A DNA stretch of 63,876 nt from the NCBI GenBank assembly GCA_964016885.1, contig OZ024744.1, positions 85,436,125 to 85,500,000 of the forward strand, given 5' to 3'. This DNA is from Eledone cirrhosa (taxonomy: Eukaryota). How positions within the stretch are numbered: the stretch's first letter is position 1; each line of letters begins with the position of its first letter. Shown one piece after another: positions 63,150 to 63,876 of this stretch. The notes under the pieces were generated by a model that worked only from the letters and a program-made list of their open reading frames with translations, was not told where the DNA came from and ran no database searches. The position numbers and the translations under genes are program-made.

Positions 63150-63152
<3 letters not shown>
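62868..63152. repeat. Fold-back insert between (TA)n, ~119-bp arms plus short tail
   Basis: 62868-62986 inverted with 62999-63117. Confidence 0.85.
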
Positions 63153-63233
<81 letters not shown>

Positions 63234-63289
63234 TGGACCTGTAATTTTTATCTAAGTACATGTTTTCCAATTCCAACCAGCACGTCCCC

Positions 63290-63430
63290 TCATTCTGTCT
63301 TATTTCTCATTCTTTCTTCTGATGAAGGACTAGTGTCGGAAACGTCAAGAGCCTCCTCCTGCTATATCAAACGTTAACCTAATATATCCCTTCCATTTAC
63401 TGCACCGATTGTGTTGTTATTTCTGTTTAC

Positions 63431-63436
<6 letters not shown>
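63290..63436 (+). mobile_element. Fourth copy of the minimal-hammerhead repeat, running into (CA)n
   Basis: tctt CTGATGA a ggac tagt gtcg GAAA cg tc aaga at 63315-63350. Confidence 0.75.
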
Positions 63437-63513
<77 letters not shown>

Positions 63514-63570
63514 CATATATATATTATAGATAACGAGGAATCAGTAACGCATCAAACCATTATTTATTAA

Positions 63571-63660
63571 CATATTACATATGTTTCTTCGTCGATCAGC
63601 TCGAGGCAGGATCTGTTACAGATCGAACCCGGCTCTGCATTCGAAGGTTCTTCAGATACG
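63571..63660 (-). ncRNA. Hammerhead ribozyme-like motif with long stem II
   Basis: CGUAU CUGAAGA ..UUCG...CGAA GAAA CAUAUG UA AUAUG. Confidence 0.6.
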
Positions 63661-63876
63661 TCTTGTGTGTTCAAAAATATTCCATATTATACCCTGCTCT
63701 GCGTGAGCATCGAGTGCTCAACTGGCATACCGCCTACGGACGCATTTACCTGCAACCATACAACAACTCTATATATATATATATATATATATACTCTTTA
63801 ACTTGTTTAACTGTTCCAGCTATAGTAAGAAATGCGTAAACAGCCGAAGTGTATTATAAAGGTATATCCGTAAAAA

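Overview
AT-rich, microsatellite-laden animal genomic DNA. The repeat content resembles cephalopod (Octopus-like) genomes, but that is inference. No host protein-coding gene can be called with confidence, and most ORF-track hits are (TA)n/(TG)n/(GGTT)n artefacts. The window is almost entirely mobile DNA: one apparently intact Tx1/L1-clade LINE plus two damaged copies interleaved with Dong/R4-type LINEs in (AAT)n tracts (42.9-59.2 kb), several RTE fragments, a CRE-clade fragment, mariner and Chapaev-like DNA transposon relics, a MITE and many tRNA-derived SINEs. The most striking unannotated signal is about a dozen fold-back (palindromic) inserts of mostly unrelated sequence. Most sit between (TA)n tracts, have a (TA)n-tail-arm-spacer-inverted arm-(TA)n layout, and carry a type I hammerhead ribozyme core (CUGANGA...GAAA...UH). 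Related Penelope-like (Naiad-type RT/GIY-YIG) elements in the window show the same repeats, and one of them carries a hammerhead with a compensatory U3-A8 core swap. All structures were read by eye; none was computed or searched.
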